A stretch of DNA of 5,319 nt, from positions 1 through 5,319 of the forward strand of contig NW_003314735.1 in the NCBI RefSeq assembly GCF_000143415.4, in the 5' to 3' direction. The DNA is from Selaginella moellendorffii. Its lineage: Eukaryota > Plantae > Lycopodiophyta. Position numbers and translations under genes: made by a program. This document shows, piece by piece, positions 1-5,319 of the stretch. Position 1 is the first letter of the stretch. Each line of letters begins with the position of its first letter. The notes under the pieces were generated by a model that saw nothing but the letters and a program-made list of their open reading frames with translations, did not search any database and was not told the origin of the DNA.

Positions 1-18
1 ATATATGTATATATATGC

Positions 19-70
<52 letters not shown>
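1..70. repeat. (AT)n microsatellite, imperfect, runs off the left edge
   Basis: Near-continuous ATAT run with a few G/C interruptions. Confidence 0.97.
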
Positions 71-73
71 CTA

Positions 74-178
74 TACACTATTCTCTTTTGGAAAAAACTA
101 TTCCGAAAGAGAATAGTATTTTCCGAAAAACTATTCTCTTTCAGAAAAGAGAATAGTGTAAAATCTATAAATAAATAA

Positions 179-219
<41 letters not shown>

Positions 220-248
220 GATTTTACACTATTCTCTTTTCCGAAAGA
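74..248. repeat. Nested inverted-repeat (foldback) array built from the motif (C)ACTATTCTCTTT; possible MITE/TIR relic
   Basis: Perfect 16-bp IR 74-89/145-160; perfect 13-bp IR 105-117/130-142; perfect 30-bp IR 144-173/212-241, extending to 137-173/212-248 with one mismatch. Confidence 0.9.
179..214. repeat. (AT)n microsatellite forming the centre of a long palindrome
   Basis: ATAT run with a single C, lying between the 30-bp inverted arms. Confidence 0.95.
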
Positions 249-795
249 TGAAAAGATGATAATGATTAAGTGGAACATTTAGAGCTTCTGTTAAGTGATT
301 ATAAATTGCTATTAAAACTTGAAAATCCCACAGAACCACTAAAGTAGTTATTGATAACTATGACTAACACAAAATCTAAAGCCATGGCATAAACATTAAT
401 CAACTATAAAATTTTAATGAATTAGTTGTAACTCTATATATAGTTGCCAAATGCTTAAACTAACTTCAAAACCATAACTTTGAACTAAAGTAAAGAACTT
501 CAAGAGCCATTATAATCCATAAAATGCAATTGTTGTGAATGATATATACTACCTTTAAATTTGTAATCTTCTAAGACCACCATTAACTCGAACTCACAAC
601 CATAAGTAGAATTTAGCTTTGCATCTTCCATTTGATCAACATTCAAGACCCATATTAATTCAAACTCATGACCTTCGCCCTTGTTTAGCATTATATATAA
701 AAAGTCAGATTCACTCCATTTATTATTTACATCCTTTTTATCCTCTCCTTGAAAAAAAAACTTTTGAAGCATTAACTTTGTTTGAACTTGTTACA

Positions 796-965
796 TTCAT
801 CCTCATTTTGCCATCTATGTTCAACTTCACTCTATTATTATATTCATTCAGCCTCACTACATTAAGATTGGATATTTCATTTAGATTCACTATACTCATA
901 TTCACTCCACAATTTATATTGTTCATTCTCACTCCATTATCATATTTGCTCATCCTCACTCCATT
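796..965. repeat. Degenerate minisatellite, core YTCAnnYTCACTCCATT, period about 27 bp
   Basis: Core copies start at 796, 820, 847, 880, 895, 922 and 949. An additional copy lies at 704-720. Confidence 0.7.
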
Positions 966-1664
966 GTTGAGGTTGAACCCTTTTTACCTTTGAAAAAAAA
1001 AGTTTGAAGTGTCAGGAAACAAATGAGAAATTAAGAAAAATTAAGAGATAAAAAAGTATTAGAAGAGGAATTTTCAGTAGTTGTTAATGTGGAAATAAGG
1101 AAATAAAAAAAAGGACATGTATTTAAAGCTTGGAAAACAATAGACTTCTTATCATAAAATACTTTGGCCATCATAACATAAGTAAACAATTCACATCACT
1201 TAAGTTCTTCAATACATAACTCACACTTAAAACAGGAAAATTAATTAAAACATTCACATTTTCAAAGGAAAACATAAATTCATTAGTAGTAACAGTAAAG
1301 TAAAGGCTCTTAATGGCACTCACAATTGAGGATATGCACTCAACTTGAAACTCTAACAAAACGGTATACAACCCTTAGAACATGGGAATACTCAATACTA
1401 AAATTAATCAAAGAATTTATAAATGAAATAAAATCAAGATTTTGAACTTTATGCACATACTCAACATCCAGATTAGTATGCGGAGAATAAAAAACACTCA
1501 ACTCAATACTAGACTTAAAATGAAAAATCATACCATCTAACTAACCATCATTTATACCATACTAATTATTGAAATACCTATATCCTTGCGTTAGACCATC
1601 AATATGTTAAAATTATGCCAAGTTTTGTTTAGCTTTGTTTTGTGTGTTAGCATTAAAGTTGTTC

Positions 1665-1816
1665 TGTGCATTAATTTCTTTACTCCTTGGTTATATGTTT
1701 GATGCTCTAAGATTATTCTAATATTGCTCTATGCTCTTTTCCCTTCACTCTTGGGCTAAATGCTTAAAAGTCATTTTGTGCATCAATTCCTTCACACTTT
1801 AGTTATATGGTTTGAT
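1665..1816 (+). repeat. Decayed ~40-bp direct repeat (1665-1703 vs 1777-1816), with a partial third copy at about 1742-1766
   Basis: Manual alignment gives 33/40 identical, 6 substitutions and 1 indel. Confidence 0.75.
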
Positions 1817-2226
1817 AAAATTTAACCGATTAAAAAAAAAGATGCACTTTTATTCATGGGTTTTTTTTTTATATATTTAAACTCTTATAGATCGTCTCTT
1901 GAATTTTTCTTTTAGTTGTATACACATGTTATTTTGTTAAGGCCCAAGCCAAGCAACCAAAGGATTAACTTGATCACTGCCTCCAAAGCCAAAAAAACAT
2001 GGTACTTCTTTGTTAACTTCTTCACAAGTTTGGTAGCATCTTGATACTTTCAATGCTTGTATCACAATTTGCATCACATTTATTATCTTATGGGCTATTG
2101 TAAGCAACCAAAGGGAATGACTCGAGAGACGATCCATAAAGGTTCAAATATAAAAAGAAAGGGCTCATTACCAAGAGTGCACCCCCTTTTTCAATTAGCT
2201 AAGGGTTATGAGATAATTAAGGTTAA

Positions 2227-3103
2227 TGTAGCGCACTTGAATTTGGAGCTGAACTCTAAGCCCGTTGCACTACAAAACGAGGGTCCAGTACAATCCCACG
2301 AGCACCAGCTCCCCGTATCCAGTACCTGCACGCAAAATGGTGTCAGATGGAGTCTGGCACAATTTTGGCATACCGGTGGCCTAACGCGAGGAGGAGGGTA
2401 CTCCACCGACTAAAGCAATGTGGAGTTTGGGCTTAGACCCAAGCCGAACGCAGAACAAGGAGCGACACAGCCCAGCGGGAGCCAAACTAATGTCTCAGGT
2501 GGTGGGACACCCCCCCCCCCCCCGTGAGGAACACACGCTTTGGGCTTTCACCCCAAGCCTCCCTTAGTACCAAGAGTTAGTCTCTAGGACAAGCTCGAAA
2601 CTTACTAAATATAGAATGGCGCTAGATTGCGAATTTGGACACGGGACGAACACCATTGTGTTCAGGCCGACCTCTACATTCCGTAGATATGCCAAATGAA
2701 CAAATCCAGACACTTTCCATAAATAGCATTTGGGACCGAAATGAGACTAACACAAAGGGCATGATAACGAGGGTGTTTGGCAGACACGGTAAGCTATCAT
2801 CCAGCCATATTGAGGGACCAATCTCAATATGCGGGGGTTCTTGTCACTAGTCAATGCAAGACATAACGAGACGGGAACTCCTTACTGGGCTAAGTATGCT
2901 TAGTTAATAGCACGTAGGAATTCCGTCCTTATGCTCATCTGGTCTAAGTACACTCGAAATGCCCAGTTAACTCCACTAGCACAAGAGGGGCTACTAAAGG
3001 GATCCAACTGTACCGATCTCATGCCGTCATGGCAGTAAGAAAAGAGTGTCCGTAAAGACCGGTCGACAAGTATCTTTTGATACCCAAAGTCACATTCGCG
3101 ACA
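2227..3103 (-). repeat. Candidate 3' LTR (877 bp)
   Basis: On the minus strand it starts TGTCGCG at 3103 immediately after the PPT and ends CGCTACA at 2227 (6/7 terminal inverted repeat, TG...CA). Composition changes near 2227. The 3103 boundary is strong; the 2227 boundary is inferred because the partner LTR is outside the window. Predicted 5-bp TSD is GTTAA (2222-2226). Confidence 0.75.
2605..2614 (-). promoter_or_regulatory. Possible LTR TATA-like box (CTATATTTAG)
   Basis: Best TATA-like word in the element-sense LTR, about 490 nt from its 5' end. Motif match only. Confidence 0.3.
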
Positions 3104-3116
3104 CTCTCCCCCCCTT
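3104..3116 (-). other. Polypurine tract (plus-strand primer), AAGGGGGGGAGAG
   Basis: 13 consecutive purines directly followed by TGT. It is preceded by TCGACGAGGACGTCAATCTT (3140-3121), resembling the GAGGAC-containing pre-PPT motif of plant Gypsy elements. Confidence 0.9.
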
Positions 3117-3729
3117 GGGGAAGATTGACGTCCTCGTCGATGCATACCCGAGTCTAGCAAACTGTCAAGGAAACAACTCCGAAAGTTAACGGAAAGCACA
3201 CTATATGGGAAACACACCGACTTAAATGAGTGATGGAACGACCTCTCCTCTACGTCTAAAGACATTAAGACTCAGACACCCTCTAGCCGTCACCGACAAG
3301 GAAATGACTAACAGAGTTAACCACCCTTGCTGCTCCGAGTACCACTCGGCTTACAAAGGAATGATACATCCCTGCCCGTAGGGACATAGGGAGAAGGCCA
3401 GAGGCCCAACTTCCCCTAAGCAAGAAATCAACCTCGTCGGGAAGATTTAAACAACTATTATAAACTGGCAGATTAAGTTGTTTACACGACCACGCCCCGT
3501 TGCGAAAATGAGTCATCAAGAGAGAGGCAGGGACTTGTGATCAATCTATAATAGTTATCCCCATGGTTATGGATTGGACCCATGCACCGAAGTGCCAAAG
3601 TCAGCCTGCCAAAACTGACCCAAGTACTAACGAACGAGAGAAATGACACTTTGATTTATAAAAATAGATTACTTTATTGATGTGCAAGATTGATTACAAG
3701 ATTTACAAAAGCTAAGCTTTATTATTATT

Positions 3730-3885
3730 CTCATACTCCGTGACAAGCTCACGAGCATGGTTAAGATTACTAAGAGGCTCCCAAGTTGATTCACAAGTTG
3801 GGTAACCTTTCCACTTAACTAGATATTCCTTCACACGAGCCCATCTTCGGAACCGGGAATCTAAGATAGTTTCCACTTCGTATTC
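3730..3885 (-). pseudogene. Integrase C-terminal chromodomain (group I type)
   Basis: EYEVETILDSR...EYLVKWKGYPTCESTWEPLSNL, with the aromatic cage Y/W/Y present. Confidence 0.93.
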
Positions 3886-3948
3886 AGGTTTACCGTCCAC
3901 AACGTCTGGTGGCAGATGAATCTCCCCTTGACGTGCAACATCCATAGT

Positions 3949-4760
3949 ATAAGGAGCCAATAGATTGGTATGAAATACATTATGAACATTGGACATCTCA
4001 GCAGGCAGATCCAACCGATAGGATACATCACCAATGCGTTTTAGCACCCGATAGGGTCCAACATATCTCGGCAAGAGCTTCCGAGACAAAGAACCCTTAA
4101 TGTTCAAGTTTCGGGAAGATAGCCACACCGGATCTCCCACTTGATAGGATACATCCCGACGATGCTGATCCTTATCACGTCGATACCTATCCTGAGCTTT
4201 ACCCATCGCCTCAGTAGCTTTAGACCAACCTTGGCATAGCTGCTCTGTATAAGTCTGAACAGCTGGGACCAACACTTCGGACATTGGTTTTGGTACAACA
4301 ATCTATTGAGGAACCCCACGAGCATTTCCTTGCAGAATCTCCCATGGAGAACAGCCGATAGCGTTGTGAAATGTGTTGTTATAACAAATTTCTACTGTAT
4401 CCAAATCCAAATGCTCATGGAAAAAGAGCTTTGTTGCTTGTTTCGCATTTACTGTTCCCACAGTTGGAATGAAGTGTGCAATCTTTGACAACCGATCCAC
4501 AACCACCATCAAAGAATCATAACCCTTAGACTTCGGCAAGCAAGTGACGAAATCAAGTGTTACACTTTGAAATGGCCATGCCGGTGCTGGAATGCACTGC
4601 AACTAAAAATCCCTTTTTCAATGAAGCCAGAGTCTTGCGCTTTCCACCATGTCTTGCTGCTGGAACATCATGATGTTCCCGCAGAAATAACTGCTGAAGA
4701 TCCTTAGAGGGAAGATACAATCTTTCTTGCTTATAGAATATAAGCCCATCCCAAACTGAG
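3949..4760 (-). pseudogene. Integrase: truncated HHCC finger, internally deleted DDE core, GPY/F C-terminal module
   Basis: EHHDVPAARHGG (two His, no CxxC); WPFQSVTLDFVTCLPKSKGYDSLMVVVDRLSKIAHFIP (first D at 4552-4554); YNNTFHNAIGCSPW; YQVGDPVWL, KLLPRYVGPYRV, YRLDLP, VHNVFH. Confidence 0.93.
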
Positions 4761-4930
4761 AAGTGAAGTTTCACATTAGTGCAACTAGCAACTTTTGCTG
4801 CTTCACTACCAGGGCTTTGCTTCAACAACCCCGCACGGCATAAGATTACCTTTGCCAATGGATCACTTCCATACGAAGCTCGAACATCTTCCAACCAGTC
4901 CGAACTGATTGCCGATATTTCCCGGAACTA

Positions 4931-5319
4931 AGCTTGACGACTCAACGCATCCGGAACAATATTGTCTTTACCAGGTTTATATATGATTTCAATATCATAT
5001 CTAGCAAGCTTCTCTTGCCAACAAGCCTGCTTCAGCGTAAGCTTAGGCTGCGTAGCAAAGTAGCTTAGTGTGTTACTATCTATATAAACCTTGGTGTGTC
5101 CACCCAAGTAGTGTCTCCAGTGTTCCAGGGCCGACACTATAGCAAACATCTCTTTCTCATGCTTTGGCCATCTTCGTTGGGTTTCATCCAATTTCTTGAA
5201 ATAGAACGCAACGGGACAACTATGTCGCCTTAGCGTAACACCAACGGCTTTGTCACAATCTTGCTGTAACACGGTACCAATAGCATAACCAGATGCATCA
5301 CAATGCACTTCAAAGGTAA
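4931..5319 (-). pseudogene. RNase H domain of pol (Ty3/Gypsy type)
   Basis: FEVHCDASGYAIGTVLQQ, PVAF, HEKEMFAIVSALEHWRHYL, VYID, IIYKPGKDNIVPDALSR: the acidic catalytic motifs are recognisable. Confidence 0.95.

Larger units (their letters stand above)
2227..5319 (-). mobile_element. Ty3/Gypsy chromovirus LTR retrotransposon, 3' portion; continues beyond the right edge; defective copy
   Basis: Domain order RNase H, integrase, chromodomain is diagnostic of Gypsy chromoviruses. It is followed by a PPT abutting TGT and a candidate LTR. GC and CpG content rise relative to the left flank. Confidence 0.95.
3712..5319 (-). pseudogene. pol: Disrupted pol polyprotein C-terminal half (RNase H, integrase, chromodomain)
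   Basis: ORFs 4928-5308 and 4553-4894 are in one frame, split by TAG at 4928-4930 (DALSRQA*FREISAISSDWLEDVR). A frameshifting deletion lies at about 4603-4606. ORFs 4303-4602 and 3712-4284 are in one frame, split by TAG at 4303-4305 (GVPQ*IVVPKPMSE). The natural stop is at 3712-3714. Confidence 0.95.

Noticed and set aside
74-248. CRISPR-like array of repeated CTATTCTCTTT motifs
   Set aside because: Copies alternate in orientation, spacing is irregular, there are no unique spacers or cas genes, and the context is eukaryotic.
619-993. 124-aa hydrophobic plus-strand ORF as a membrane protein
   Set aside because: Non-ATG start, and the L/F/I/T richness follows from the pyrimidine-rich minisatellite.
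1021-1610. Plus-strand protein recovered by reading stops as Gln/Arg
   Set aside because: Any frame can be opened this way, and no recognisable motif emerged.
2057-2413. ORFs 2057-2413 (+), 2206-2406 (-) and 1937-2137 (-), including the CxxC in PVCQNC
   Set aside because: The first two straddle the LTR boundary and none shows a recognisable domain; they look like chance ORFs.
2635-3265. ORFs 2635-2850 (+) and 2900-3265 (-) as an env-like or extra gene
   Set aside because: They lie within the LTR or run across the PPT/LTR junction, with no TM segment or known motif.
2227-3711. Hammerhead ribozyme (retrozyme-like) in the LTR or 3' spacer
   Set aside because: No CTGANGA...GAAA core with flanking stems found by eye; near-matches (CAGATGAG, TTGATGAC) break the core.
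4104-4488. ORFs 4104-4325 (-) and 4306-4488 (+)
   Set aside because: Alternate-frame and antisense shadows of the integrase sequence.
4303-4930. Programmed readthrough or recoding at the two TAG codons
   Set aside because: They sit within or between pol domains in a copy that also has lethal deletions; nonsense mutations are the simpler explanation.

Overview
Eukaryotic, AT-rich, repeat-derived DNA with no intact host gene and nothing prokaryotic. It is most plausibly plant heterochromatin, and the element type hints at a non-seed plant (inference). The right 3.1 kb (2227-5319, minus strand) is the 3' part of a Ty3/Gypsy chromovirus LTR retrotransposon. In order it carries RNase H, integrase (HHCC, core, GPY/F), a chromodomain with an intact aromatic cage, an ~600-nt 3' spacer, a polypurine tract (3104-3116) and a candidate 877-bp 3' LTR (TGTCGCG...CGCTACA). 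The pol gene is dead: two in-frame TAG stops and two internal deletions, one removing the CxxC of the Zn finger and one the second D and the E of the DDE triad. The left 2.2 kb is older, CpG-poor sequence. It holds (AT)n microsatellites interleaved with a nested foldback array built on CACTATTCTCTTT, a codon-periodic ~27-bp minisatellite inside a ~240-bp higher-order repeat, a decayed 40-bp direct repeat and possibly an older LTR fragment. I found no convincing new multi-gene system. The best leads are the foldback array, the possibly splice-like integrase deletion, and the internal poly(A)-like signal in the 3' spacer.
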